A stretch of DNA of 64,000 nucleotides, taken from the NCBI GenBank assembly GCA_963667015.2, contig CAXXJJ010000001.1:896001-960000 (forward strand), in the 5' to 3' direction. Positions 29,611 through 39,717 of this stretch are shown piece after piece (position 1 is the stretch's first letter; each line of letters begins with the position of its first letter). A program made the translations under genes and the position numbers. The notes under the pieces are model-generated. The model saw only the letters and a program-made list of their open reading frames with translations. It made no database searches and was not told the DNA's origin. This DNA is from Desulfatiglandales bacterium. GTDB lineage: Bacteria; Desulfobacterota; DSM-4660; Desulfatiglandales; HGW-15.

Positions 29611-30477
29611 ATGGAAATAGATATTATCAGCAACAATTTCGGAAGCAGCAGGTTAGAGACCATTACATCCGTCGGGTATCTTGGCCCTGAAGCAACCTTC
29701 AGTCATCAGGCGGCAACTTTATTATACAGTGAGCATACAGAGCTCAAGGGGGCTGAGACAATAGAAGATGTTTTTATTATGGTCAAAAACGGGCAGTGTG
29801 AAGAAGGGATTGTGCCTATTGAAAATTCATATGAGGGTTCAATAAATATCACACAGGATCTGCTTAATAAGTATGATACAAACATTTGCGCGGAGGTCTA
29901 TTTGAGAATCAGGCATAACCTGTTGAGTTATGAAAGGGATATCAGGAATATTAAACGTGTTTATTCTCACCCCCAGGCAGTCGCCCAGTGCAGATCATGG
30001 CTGAAAAATAACCTGCCGGATGTTTCCGTGGCTGAATTATCCAGCACATCACTTGCCGCAAAAATGGCTTCAAAGGAAAAAAATACAGCAGCTATCGGCA
30101 GCGCTTTTGCGGCTTCAACATATGGCCTGAATATTCTTAAGAAAAACATCGAAGACAATCAGGAGAATGCAACGAGGTTTTTTGTTATTGGAGACCACAA
30201 GCCTCAACCAACCGGAAAGGATAAAACATCAATAATATTTTTTCTTAAACATGAGCCGGGCTCCCTCTATAGGTGTTTATCTGTTCTTGCGGAAAAAGAA
30301 ATAAATCTGACAAGGATCGAGTCAAGGCCGGCAAAGACAAAAAAATGGGAGTATCTGTTTTTTGTGGACCTGGAAGGTCATGAGAAGGACCACAACGTTA
30401 ATGAGGCGATTGAGGCTATGGAAAAGCATTGTGTGTTTTTAAAAAAACTGGGTTCATATCCCAGAGGTGATATTTAA
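29611..30477 (+). CDS. pheA: Prephenate dehydratase (monofunctional, PDT plus ACT)
   Basis: YLGPEATFS, PIENS, SHPQA, NATRF and LTRIESRP. Confidence 0.92.
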   Translation: MEIDIISNNFGSSRLETITSVGYLGPEATFSHQAATLLYSEHTELKGAETIEDVFIMVKNGQCEEGIVPIENSYEGSINITQDLLNKYDTNICAEVYLRIRHNLLSYERDIRNIKRVYSHPQAVAQCRSWLKNNLPDVSVAELSSTSLAAKMASKEKNTAAIGSAFAASTYGLNILKKNIEDNQENATRFFVIGDHKPQPTGKDKTSIIFFLKHEPGSLYRCLSVLAEKEINLTRIESRPAKTKKWEYLFFVDLEGHEKDHNVNEAIEAMEKHCVFLKKLGSYPRGDI

Positions 30478-30515
30478 GATAAGAAAATATTATAAAAAGG
30501 TTAAATGGCTAGAAA

Positions 30516-31343
30516 ATGAAAAATTTAAAATTAACAACCATAAAAGGAAGAACACAGGAACGTACCCGCATTAAAGTTAGAGAGTTGACTATTGGTGAGG
30601 GGTTTACTGTTATTGCCGGACCCTGCAGCATAGAAAGTGAGGAGCAGACAATAGAAACTGCCCTTAAAGCTAAAGAAGCAGGGGCTGATATGATCAGAGG
30701 CGGCGCCTTTAAGCCAAGGACTTCTCCATATTCATTTCAGGGACTGGGCATCAAGGGACTGCAGATTCTTGAAAAGGCCGGGAAGGAGACCGGACTTCCT
30801 GTTGTTACCGAGGTTCTTGATCCCAGAGATGTATCATGGGTGTGTGAATATGTTGATGTCCTCCAGGTCGGTACGAGAAATATGCAGAATTATTCACTGT
30901 TAAAGGAGGTCGGCAAGGCTGGAAAACCAGTGCTTTTAAAGAGAGGAATGTTTTCTACTCTCAGTGAATGGCTGAGCTGTGCAGAATATGTTTTGGCTGA
31001 AGGGAACCCTAATGTAATTCTTTGTGAAAGGGGTATAAGAACCTTTGAATCCTATACGAGAAATACCCTTGATCTGGCGGTTGTTCCTTCTATTAAGGAA
31101 GTATCCCATCTTCCTGTTATTGTTGATCCTTCTCATGGAACCGGAAGACTCAGCCTGATAGAACAGATGAGTCTTGCATCGGTTGCAGCCGGGGCAGATG
31201 GAGTCATGGTTGAGGTACACAGGAATCCCGCAGAAGCAATGTGTGACGGGGATCAGAGTCTTACTCCTCCCATGTTTGCGAGGATGATGAAGAAAATAAG
31301 GTTGTTGCAGGAGTGTATGACTAAGGTAAATGCATTAAAGTAG
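30516..31343 (+). CDS. aroF: DAHP synthase, type I-beta, catalytic domain only
   Basis: [34 protein letters not shown] and VDPSH. Confidence 0.93.
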   Translation: MKNLKLTTIKGRTQERTRIKVRELTIGEGFTVIAGPCSIESEEQTIETALKAKEAGADMIRGGAFKPRTSPYSFQGLGIKGLQILEKAGKETGLPVVTEVLDPRDVSWVCEYVDVLQVGTRNMQNYSLLKEVGKAGKPVLLKRGMFSTLSEWLSCAEYVLAEGNPNVILCERGIRTFESYTRNTLDLAVVPSIKEVSHLPVIVDPSHGTGRLSLIEQMSLASVAAGADGVMVEVHRNPAEAMCDGDQSLTPPMFARMMKKIRLLQECMTKVNALK

Positions 31344-31394
31344 GGGAAAAGAAAGAAAATAGAAAACAGGAGTCAGGAAAGAGAAGAGAATAAA

Positions 31395-31446
31395 TCAGAT
31401 GTCAGAGACCGGAGGTCAGAGATCAGAAGGTTTACTTCTGACTTCT
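31395..31446. repeat. Family B 7-bp-periodic inverted repeat
   Basis: TCAGATGTCAGAGACCGGAGGTCAGAGATCAGAAG ... CTTCTGACTTCT, with purine-rich and pyrimidine-rich flanks. Confidence 0.6.
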
Positions 31447-31543
31447 ATATCCTTTTTCCTCTTTTCTTTCTTATATTTGCATATTACACTGCAAATTTAC
31501 ATAAAAAGGTAATTATATAAAAACCTTTAAATAGAGGTAAACA

Positions 31544-32599
31544 ATGGAGCTTAACGAGATAAGAAAAAAAATAGACCTTCTTGATTCAAGAATCCTCAGA
31601 ATATTAAATGACCGAATGGAACTGGCCCTGATGGCCAAAAAATTAAAGACCACGATTGAGGATAAAGACAGAGAGAAGGAGATAATAGAAAGGATCCGGT
31701 TAAATTCTACCGGCCTGATAAACTCGGAATTTATAGAAAAGGTCTATTCCGAGGTGCTAAAGGAAAGCAAAGGCCTTCAAAAGAAGGAACACAAGTTGAT
31801 CGGGTTTCAGGGAGAACACGGTGCCTATGGTGAGGTAGCCTTAAGGGAGTGGAACAGGGAATGGGTATCTGTTCCGTGTAAAGGATTTGCAGCAGTGTTT
31901 GAAGGGATTAAGAAGGGCCTGTTTGATTATGGTATTGTCGGGGTTGAGAACACACTGGGTGGTGTTGTGGGTGAAGTGAATGAGTTACTGGTAAACACAG
32001 ACCTCTATGTGGCAGGTGCAGTGGAACTCCCTATTGAACTTTGCCTGCTGGCACTTCCGGGAACTGATCACCGGGACATAAGGACAGTCTATTCGCAGTC
32101 ACAGGCACTGGGGCAGTGCAGGAATTTTTTAAAAAGGAATCATCTTGAGCCGGTCCAGTATTACGATTCTGCAGGCGCAGCAAAGATGCTTGCAGAGGAA
32201 ACCCCCAGGGCCTCTGCTGTTATAGCCAGTAAACTGGCCTCTGAAATATATGACCTGGAAGTTATTAAAGAAGGTATTGATGACTTTGAAAGAAATATGA
32301 CGAGGTTCCTTATCCTGTCCGGAAAGGAAAATAAAGAAGATGGGGATAAATGTTCTATACTGTTTTCAACGGCACATCGCGCGGGAACCCTTTTTAATGT
32401 GCTGGAGGTGTTTGCCAGGGAAAAGATTAATCTCACCCGGATCGGATCAATCCAGAGTGGAGCCGGAAATTATACTTTCTTTCTGGACTTTATAGGCTCT
32501 AATAAGGATGAAAAGATAATTAAGGCCCTGGAAAAAATAAAGAAGGTAGCTACTAATCTGAGGTTTATGGGCTGCTATAAAGAGATTAAGGTGAATTAA
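31544..32599 (+). CDS. pheA: Bifunctional chorismate mutase / prephenate dehydratase
   Basis: N-terminal AroQ-type LNEIRKKIDLLD..I..ILNDR; PDT motifs FQGEHGAYG and NMTRF; C-terminal ACT domain. Confidence 0.88.
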   Translation: MELNEIRKKIDLLDSRILRILNDRMELALMAKKLKTTIEDKDREKEIIERIRLNSTGLINSEFIEKVYSEVLKESKGLQKKEHKLIGFQGEHGAYGEVALREWNREWVSVPCKGFAAVFEGIKKGLFDYGIVGVENTLGGVVGEVNELLVNTDLYVAGAVELPIELCLLALPGTDHRDIRTVYSQSQALGQCRNFLKRNHLEPVQYYDSAGAAKMLAEETPRASAVIASKLASEIYDLEVIKEGIDDFERNMTRFLILSGKENKEDGDKCSILFSTAHRAGTLFNVLEVFAREKINLTRIGSIQSGAGNYTFFLDFIGSNKDEKIIKALEKIKKVATNLRFMGCYKEIKVN

Positions 32600-32666
32600 A
32601 TTATGTTCAAAACGACTGTTTTGAATAAAAGCCATCAGCTTTCAGCGGTCAGCTGTCAGCCAAAGT

Positions 32667-33356
32667 GTGAAAGAAAGAGGCGATAATTTGCTCTGTATTC
32701 CCGTGATTGCTAATGATACTGAAGGTGCAGTAAGTAAAATCTCCGAAGCTGAAAAATATGCTGATATTTGTGAGATCCGTCTTGACTTGATGGCCTCCTA
32801 TAATCTGGATGAGATTATTAAGGCAGCTCAAAAACCTGTTATTGTGACATATCGATCTGAAAAGGAGGGCGGGAAGGGAGTTGTTGATCCTTCTGCAGTT
32901 GCCGATCTGCTCATTACGGCAGCTCAAAAAAACGCCGAGTATATTGACGTTGAATTGACTATGCCGGATGAGTTGCGTGATAGGGTGATCAGAAACAAGG
33001 GAAACAGCCAAATAATAATATCAACCCATAATATGGAGAATACCCCATCCGGTGATGACTTGAATATCCTTTTAGAAGAGAGCATAAGGGCAAAGGCCGA
33101 TATTGTAAAGATCGTTACAATGGCTATCAGTCCGGATGATAATCTGAGGATGCTTGATCTTGTTTCCAGGGCGAACAAAAGAGGATTTAAAATAATTGCC
33201 TTTTGTATGGGTGCTGAAGGAAGGATGAGCAGGGTGTTCAGTTTGCTTTTGGGAGGTTATCTTACTTTTACTTCTCTTGAAACCGGTGAGGAGTCAGCTC
33301 CCGGACAGATTCCGGTAAATGAAATGAAGCGTCTGCTGGAGTATTTTGCAGTCTAG
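32667..33356 (+). CDS. aroD: Type I 3-dehydroquinate dehydratase
   Basis: EIRLD, TYRSEKEGG, YIDVE, IISTH, DIVKI, FCMG and APGQ. Confidence 0.92.
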   Translation: MKERGDNLLCIPVIANDTEGAVSKISEAEKYADICEIRLDLMASYNLDEIIKAAQKPVIVTYRSEKEGGKGVVDPSAVADLLITAAQKNAEYIDVELTMPDELRDRVIRNKGNSQIIISTHNMENTPSGDDLNILLEESIRAKADIVKIVTMAISPDDNLRMLDLVSRANKRGFKIIAFCMGAEGRMSRVFSLLLGGYLTFTSLETGEESAPGQIPVNEMKRLLEYFAV

Positions 33357-33403
33357 CCTGAGGGGTGTAAAACTCCACACTACAATATGCAGTGAAGATT
33401 TTC

Positions 33404-33429
33404 GTAGGGTGGCATTTTTTTATGCCACC
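33404..33429 (+). repeat. GTAG-type REP element
   Basis: GTAG-GGTGGCAT-TTTTTT-ATGCCACC, followed by a T run, so it could also terminate transcription. Confidence 0.6.
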
Positions 33430-33469
33430 TTTTTTAAATATTGTGTCGGACAAATGAATGGTGAATTAA

Positions 33470-34291
33470 ATGAGTCTGAAGATTAATCAAAATACCGAAC
33501 TATATGGAGTACTTGGAAATCCTGTCAGGCATTCCCTGAGCCCGTTGATGTTTAATGCCGTCTTCACTCATAAAAACATCAATGCGGTATATCTTGCTTT
33601 TGAATCGGATGATGTGGAAGGTTCGATTAATGGAATGCGGGCTCTTGGCATTAAAGGTATGAGTGTAACTATTCCTCACAAGTCATCTGTTATTCCTCTG
33701 CTTGATGAAATAGACCCGCTGGCAAATGATATTGGTGCTGTAAATACTGTTGTTAATAAAGGTGGCAGGTTGATCGGTTATAATACAGATGCTGCAGGTG
33801 CGTTGATGGCCCTTGAGGAAGCAGTTGAAGTGACTGGAAAGAACTGCATCATTGTTGGAGCCGGGGGAGCTGCCAGGGCAATAGGGTATATCCTTAAAAA
33901 ACATGATGTGAATATTGCTGTTGCCAATCGCTCTGAGGAAAGAGGCCGGATGTTAGCCAATTCTCTTGGTTCAAGATATATAAACCTGGAACAGCTTGAG
34001 GATGAAAACCCTGATATACTGATAAATACAACCCCTGTCGGCATGACGCCCAATGCCGGTTCCTGCCCTGTCACTGAAAAAATTTTAAAGCAGGGTATGA
34101 CACTAATGGATATAATCTATAATCCCAGGAGAACAAAGCTTCTCAATATTGCTTATGACAGGGGCTGCAGGGTTGTCGATGGTCTTGGGATGTTTATTTA
34201 TCAGGGTGCAGAACAGTTCAGGCTGTGGACCGGACAGGAAGCACCGGTTAAGCTGATGAAAAAGAAAGTTGAAGAAGCCCTCTATGGTTAG
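33470..34291 (+). CDS. aroE: Shikimate dehydrogenase
   Basis: HSLSP, SVTIPHK, GAVNT, GYNTD, GAGGAARA and DGLGM. Confidence 0.96.
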   Translation: MSLKINQNTELYGVLGNPVRHSLSPLMFNAVFTHKNINAVYLAFESDDVEGSINGMRALGIKGMSVTIPHKSSVIPLLDEIDPLANDIGAVNTVVNKGGRLIGYNTDAAGALMALEEAVEVTGKNCIIVGAGGAARAIGYILKKHDVNIAVANRSEERGRMLANSLGSRYINLEQLEDENPDILINTTPVGMTPNAGSCPVTEKILKQGMTLMDIIYNPRRTKLLNIAYDRGCRVVDGLGMFIYQGAEQFRLWTGQEAPVKLMKKKVEEALYG

Positions 34292-34294
34292 ATC

Positions 34295-35560
34295 ATGAAG
34301 CCTATAATACAAAAAGACAATATTAATTGTACTGTAAATATTCCAGGATCAAAAAGTATCACACATCGTGCACTTATTGCTGCCGGTCTTGCAAAGGGCC
34401 AGAGCACACTAAAATCATTCCTCGCATGTGACGATACACTTTATACTGCCGGCGCCATTCAAAAGCTGGGGATTGATATAGCGATAAATGAAGATACAGT
34501 TCATGTGAGTGGAAACGGAGGATTCTTCAATCCTGTATCCGAAAAACTGGAAATAGACCTTGGGAATTCAGGGACATCATACAGACTGCTTCTTTCTGTC
34601 GCAGCGCTTGCTAACGGGCCGTTTATTTTTACCGGAACCAAGAGAATGAAGGAAAGACCTGTAGCATATCTGGCTGATGCGTTAAAAAAACTTGGTGTGG
34701 ATGCCCGCTATCTGGAAAAGGAAGGTTACCCACCGGTATTGATTAATGCTTCGGGTATTAAAGGCGGCAGGGTAATAATCCCGGGAGATATCAGCAGTCA
34801 GTACATATCCTCCCTTTTGCTCTCAGGGCCGTATGCCGGGTCCGATCTAACAGTTGAGGTGTCCGGAGAGCTGGTTTCAAGGCCGTATATTGATCTTACT
34901 ATGGATGTCATGAAATCCTTTGGGGTTAATATTGAAAATAAAAATTACAGGATTTTTAATGTGCCGTCAGGGCAGTCATATACTGCGCGGGAATTTGTTA
35001 TTGATGGAGATGCATCGTCCGCTTCCTATTTCTGGGGTGCCGCAGCGATAACGGGCGGGACTGTAAAAACCACAAATATTCATCCATTTAAAAACAGACA
35101 GGGCGATATGGGGCTTTTGGATATCCTTGAAAGAATGGGATGTAATATTAAACGGGAAGAAAGCAGCGTCACAGTAAGCGGTAGAACTCTAACCGGCGTA
35201 TGTGTTGATATGGGCAGCATGCCCGATATGGCACCTACTCTTGCAGTTATTGCTCTTTTTGCAGAAGGAAAAACAACTATAACAAATGTCTCCCATCTGA
35301 GACATAAGGAAAGTGATAGAATAGCTGATACTGCAAATGAAATAAGACGTGTCGGGGGCAGGGTTGAAGAACGTGATGACGGTCTTGTTGTTTATGGAGA
35401 AGAAAAGCTTTCAGGCGCTGAGATTGATTCCCACGATGATCATCGCCTTGCAATGAGTTTTGCAATGGCAGGGATCAGAGTTCCGGATATTATCATTAAG
35501 AATGAAAGCTGTGTAAATAAATCATTCCCCTCCTTCTGGAAATTATGGGAAACATTATAA
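34295..35560 (+). CDS. aroA: EPSP synthase
   Basis: PGSKSITHR, GNSGTS, ISSQYISSLL, LRHKESDR and DDHRLAM. Confidence 0.97.
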   Translation: MKPIIQKDNINCTVNIPGSKSITHRALIAAGLAKGQSTLKSFLACDDTLYTAGAIQKLGIDIAINEDTVHVSGNGGFFNPVSEKLEIDLGNSGTSYRLLLSVAALANGPFIFTGTKRMKERPVAYLADALKKLGVDARYLEKEGYPPVLINASGIKGGRVIIPGDISSQYISSLLLSGPYAGSDLTVEVSGELVSRPYIDLTMDVMKSFGVNIENKNYRIFNVPSGQSYTAREFVIDGDASSASYFWGAAAITGGTVKTTNIHPFKNRQGDMGLLDILERMGCNIKREESSVTVSGRTLTGVCVDMGSMPDMAPTLAVIALFAEGKTTITNVSHLRHKESDRIADTANEIRRVGGRVEERDDGLVVYGEEKLSGAEIDSHDDHRLAMSFAMAGIRVPDIIIKNESCVNKSFPSFWKLWETL

Positions 35561-36563
35561 CCGATATAAAAGGAAATTAAGATGCAGGATATACTGAAAG
35601 GTTTTTATCCCCGTTTTACATTACACAGCGACCCTTTAATTAATTCAGCAGCAAATGTGCTTATTATACTGATGCTGGGGCTGATTGCCTGGTGGATACT
35701 TAATTTTGTGGTGTCTCGTTTTGAAAAACGAAAAGAGATAAGCCCTTTTTTAAAAGCCAATGAAAACATTTTTGTGCTGATAAAAAAAGCCGGCCATTCT
35801 GTAATTTTCCTGATGATTGGTGTAGGGTTGATAAGTTTTATCAACCTGCCGGTCTTCGAACGTATTTTTTATGCCATAATGGTAATATTGATTGCATCCT
35901 TTGCAAATAGTCTTGCAAAGGATCTCATTCCATATCTGGAACAAAAGCTTGTATCGAAAACATCAACAAAGATTGATGATGTAATTTTTGACCTGTTGAA
36001 ACGTTTTTCTACAGTGATCATTTATGTTACAGCAATAATCCTTGCCCTGGATGTTGTCGGGGTTAATATAGTGCCATTCGTGGCAGGTGCCGGGGTGGCT
36101 GGAATAGCCATAGGTTTTGCTGCAAAAGATACACTCTCTAATATTATCGCAGGTGTTCTGCTTTTAATAGACCGCCCGTTTGAGGTTGGAGACAGGATAG
36201 AGGTATGGTCTGCTCCAGCAAACTCGGCTACCTGGGGAGATGTAATCGACGTAGGATTAAGGGCTACAAGGATAAAAACAACTGATAATATTGTAATAGT
36301 TATTCCCAATAATGAAATCATGATGAGGGATATTATAAACTATACTACAATAACTGATGAAATCAGGGTAAGGATACCGGTCGGAATAGCCTATGATGCC
36401 GATGTGAAAAAGGCTAAAGAAATTATAAGTAAAGTAAGTCTTGAGCTTGAATGGGTCATGAAAGAACCTGCTCCCAAGGTGGTGGTTAAAACATTCGGAG
36501 ATTCCGCTGTTAACCTTGAGGCAAGGGTATGGATTGCGGATCCCAGGAAAAGGATGGATACTA

Positions 36564-37680
36564 TTAACCCGGCAACAAAATACTTAACAAATGGATCGTA
36601 TTTTGTTATAACACGATCATGGAAAAAATAGACGCAAGGAAACTCAGCACTGATGCCCAACAACAAATTCGTAATCAAGTCATTCGACTCCGAAAACAGG
36701 GACGAACGCATAATGAGATCAGTGCCATTACAGGAGTGAGCCGATCCATTTGCAGTACATGGTGGGCTCTTTATCAAAAAGAAGGTAATAAAGCCCTTAA
36801 AATTAAAAAGCGTGGCCGTCCAAAGGGCAGTTGCCGCACGTTGACACCTGATCAGGAAAAAGAATTGCAAAAAGCTATACAAGACAAATGCCCTGACCAA
36901 ATGAAATTACCATTTGCTTTGTGGACACGCATTGCCGTACAGCAACTCATCAAACAATTGTGGAATATAGATATGCCGATCAGAACTGTTGGCGAGTATC
37001 TGAACAGATGGAATTTTACTCCACAAAAACCACTGAAGAAAGCCTATAAACAAAATCCAAAAGCAGTCAAAGCTTGGTTGGAGACAGAATACTCGGATAT
37101 TTCCAAACGTGCAAAAAAAGAGACCGCGGAAATTCATTGGGGGGATGAGACTGGATTGTGTAACGACAGTTACCATGGAAGAAGTTACGCTCCTCGTGGT
37201 GAAACACCGGCGATTAGGCTTCATCCCAGGTGCCAGCGCGTCAACCTGATTTCCTCTGTCACCAATCAAGGTAAAGTTCGTTTTATGGTTTATAAAAACA
37301 AGATGAATTCCCAAACGATGATCAAATTCATGGAACGATTGATCAAAGATGCTGATAAAAAAATCTTTTTGATTGTAGATAATTTGAAAGTCCATCATAG
37401 CTATATTGTCAAAGACTGGCTGAAAGAACATGAAGACAAAATTGAGTTGTTCTTTCTTCCATCATATTCACCGGAATTAAATCCTGATGAATACCTAAAC
37501 TGCGACCTAAAGGTCGGTGTACATTCTGGTATTCCAGCCAGAACAAAAAAAGAACTCAAGCAAAAAGCTATTTCTCATTTGAGAAAGCTTCAAAAACTAC
37601 CTGGACGTGTTAAAAAATATTTTAAACACCCTAAGATTGCTTATGCTGCTTGATAGTCTCCTATTTAATTGCCGGGTTAA
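36564..37680 (+). mobile_element. IS630-family insertion sequence, 1117 bp
   Basis: Terminal inverted repeats TTAACCCGGCAA / TTGCCGGGTTAA; TA duplicated at 36562-36563 and 37681-37682. Confidence 0.95.
36619..37653 (+). CDS. IS630-family transposase
   Basis: N-terminal HTH, WGDET, VDNLKVH and LPSYSPELNPDE (DDE triad). Confidence 0.95.
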   Translation: MEKIDARKLSTDAQQQIRNQVIRLRKQGRTHNEISAITGVSRSICSTWWALYQKEGNKALKIKKRGRPKGSCRTLTPDQEKELQKAIQDKCPDQMKLPFALWTRIAVQQLIKQLWNIDMPIRTVGEYLNRWNFTPQKPLKKAYKQNPKAVKAWLETEYSDISKRAKKETAEIHWGDETGLCNDSYHGRSYAPRGETPAIRLHPRCQRVNLISSVTNQGKVRFMVYKNKMNSQTMIKFMERLIKDADKKIFLIVDNLKVHHSYIVKDWLKEHEDKIELFFLPSYSPELNPDEYLNCDLKVGVHSGIPARTKKELKQKAISHLRKLQKLPGRVKKYFKHPKIAYAA

Positions 37681-37796
37681 TATTTCCTATATAACCGATC
37701 GCGTAAAGGAAGAGTTCCAGAAGAACGGGATAGAGATTCCCTATCCTAAAAGGGATATTTATATTAAAAGAGAGGTTCAGGGCTAAGGTTTAGCCT

Positions 37797-37881
37797 GCCA
37801 CAAAGGTACAAAGACACAAAGGATTTTATTTTAAATCTTAATACTTTTTTGCATTTCTTAGTGACTTAGTGTCTTCGTGAC
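37797..37881. repeat. Family A variant inverted repeat pair after the original mscS stop
   Basis: GCCACAAAGGTACAAAGACACAAAGG ... CTTAGTGACTTAGTGTCTTCGTGAC. Confidence 0.75.
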
Positions 37882-37893
37882 TCTTTAATGGTT

Positions 37894-38514
37894 TTAAAAA
37901 AAACTAAAATAGACCAAGCCATTTTTTATAAAAAAAAGTGCAAATAAGAAAAGTACAACTCCTAAAAATCTTATTATATACAGATAATATCTGCTGCTGA
38001 GAAAATATTTTGCCTTTCCGGTAATAATAGCAATCACTATCTTTGATCCTACCAGGACAGAATAAAATACAACTATAAAGAGTGCTGCGTTTATAAAGCT
38101 TTCGCTAAATGCCTTTATTATTGTTGGGGCTCCGATTGTAAACCAGAAGACATAAGGGCTTGGATTAAGCAGATTGGCGATGATTCCTTTTTTAAGGAGA
38201 TTATCCGAAATATTTTTGTCAGCAATGGCACCCCTGAATGAAAAACTTTCAAAGGCAAGATATATCAGAAAGATACTTCCTCCAAAGGCAATGGTCCCTA
38301 ATATGTAATCTGTGTTCGCAAATCTGGACATAATAAGAATGGTAATGAGTATGATTGGCAGGTCGGTTATCAGGGGAGATGCAGCAACCTTGATACCTGC
38401 TTTTGTATCATGCTTAATAGATTCGGATATTACCAGTGTTAATAATGGGCCAGGGATTAATCCGGTCAGGCCAAGTAAAAATCCAGTTGTTACATATGTC
38501 AAGCTCGTTGGCAT
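37894..38514 (-). CDS. LysE-family translocator
   Basis: IPGP, GIIANLLNP and multiple TM segments. Confidence 0.88.
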   Translation of the reverse strand: MPTSLTYVTTGFLLGLTGLIPGPLLTLVISESIKHDTKAGIKVAASPLITDLPIILITILIMSRFANTDYILGTIAFGGSIFLIYLAFESFSFRGAIADKNISDNLLKKGIIANLLNPSPYVFWFTIGAPTIIKAFSESFINAALFIVVFYSVLVGSKIVIAIITGKAKYFLSSRYYLYIIRFLGVVLFLFALFFIKNGLVYFSFF

Positions 38515-38517
38515 TTC

Positions 38518-39717
38518 CTATGCTGAGCCATAACTGTGAAGTCCTGAAAGCAAAAGGTTTACACCGAGGTATGTGAAAATTACACAAAAAAAGCCCACAA
38601 TAGAAAATAAAGCCATCTTTTTGCCTCTCCATCCTGAAACCAGGCGTGAGTGAAGCATTGCAGCGTAGATGAACCAGGTTATCAAAGACCATGTTTCCTT
38701 CGGGTCCCAGCTCCAGTAGGTCCCCCAGGCTGAATTGGCCCATACTGCCCCTGTGATAATCCCCAGGGTCAACATAAGGAAACCTATAACAACCATCTGG
38801 TAGCTGAGTTCTTCCAGAATAGCATGGTTGGGAAAGATCTTAAGAAGACGGGACCTGGAATCATTATAATATTTATCGTGAATCCCGTAGTTATTCTCTT
38901 CCTCATTTCCTTTGCTGAACAGCAGAAAACAATTGTAGATGGGTATCAGTAGTGAAAATCCTTTTTTTCCAACGTCGTGCATTCTGCGGATGGACTGACA
39001 AATAAAAATAAGGACAGTTACAATGACACATGTGTAAAAAAGGTCTAAGGCGATTGCGGCCAACAGACTATTATAGTTGATGATATTGAGGTGAATGTCT
39101 GCAATTTGTATGTCCTTGATAACAAAAAAATAGATAAGGAATAAAAATATCATGTTGATAAGCAAGATAGTACATAAATCCGAATATTTGCTGCGGCTCA
39201 GGCGTCCTTTTATTGAAAAGGGATTCAACCTGTTCAGGCCTCTGATAATGTACATATAGCTAAGACCGAATGAAAGCGCAAAGGCAGCATAACCGACAAA
39301 GCAGGTTATTACATGGGATGTAAGCCAGTTACTTTGAAGTGCAGGGATAAGGGGTTCTATTGCATCGTTTGAAAAAGAAGAATAGGCCATTGCAAGAAAG
39401 GCCAGTGGCGTAACAAAGGCACCAATACTTTTATTGCCTACTCTCCACTCAACCAGCAAATAAAGCAGGATGATTGTCCAGGAGAAGAAGATCAATGATT
39501 CATATAAATTTGAAAGGGGTGCATGGCCAATACCAAGCTGGTATGACTCAATCCATCTTAAAATGAGCCCGGCAGTATGTCCGATAAATCCGATGACAGT
39601 AATGACTGTGGCGGCCTTTCCGAATATTTTCTTATCAAAACACATCATAAGCAGGTAGGCGAGAAAGGCTAAAAAATATATAAAGGTAATGTAATTTAAG
39701 ATTATTCCATTATTCAT
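38518..39717 (-). CDS. ccsA: System II cytochrome c biogenesis protein CcsA/ResC with an internal insertion
   Basis: APLSNLYES, PALQSNWL..H and WWD domain GAVWANSAWGTYWSWDPKETW; ends GLHSY. Confidence 0.92.
   Translation of the reverse strand: MNNGIILNYITFIYFLAFLAYLLMMCFDKKIFGKAATVITVIGFIGHTAGLILRWIESYQLGIGHAPLSNLYESLIFFSWTIILLYLLVEWRVGNKSIGAFVTPLAFLAMAYSSFSNDAIEPLIPALQSNWLTSHVITCFVGYAAFALSFGLSYMYIIRGLNRLNPFSIKGRLSRSKYSDLCTILLINMIFLFLIYFFVIKDIQIADIHLNIINYNSLLAAIALDLFYTCVIVTVLIFICQSIRRMHDVGKKGFSLLIPIYNCFLLFSKGNEEENNYGIHDKYYNDSRSRLLKIFPNHAILEELSYQMVVIGFLMLTLGIITGAVWANSAWGTYWSWDPKETWSLITWFIYAAMLHSRLVSGWRGKKMALFSIVGFFCVIFTYLGVNLLLSGLHSYGSA

Larger units (their letters stand above)
35582..37786 (+). 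pseudogene. mscS: Small-conductance mechanosensitive channel interrupted by IS630
   Basis: GIAIGFAAKD, RPFEVGD, IPN and FGDSAVN motifs. Removing the IS and one TA restores ...RMDT-ISYITDRVKEEFQKNGIEIPYPKRDIYIKREVQG* ending at 37786. Confidence 0.9.

Noticed and set aside
36564..36631. C-terminus of an intact 349-aa MscS
   Set aside because: These codons are IS630 left-end sequence; the true tail is at 37683-37786.
38884..39225. Intein or intron in ccsA
   Set aside because: No Cys/Ser start or His-Asn end; the insert is hydrophobic, in-frame and DUF805-like.
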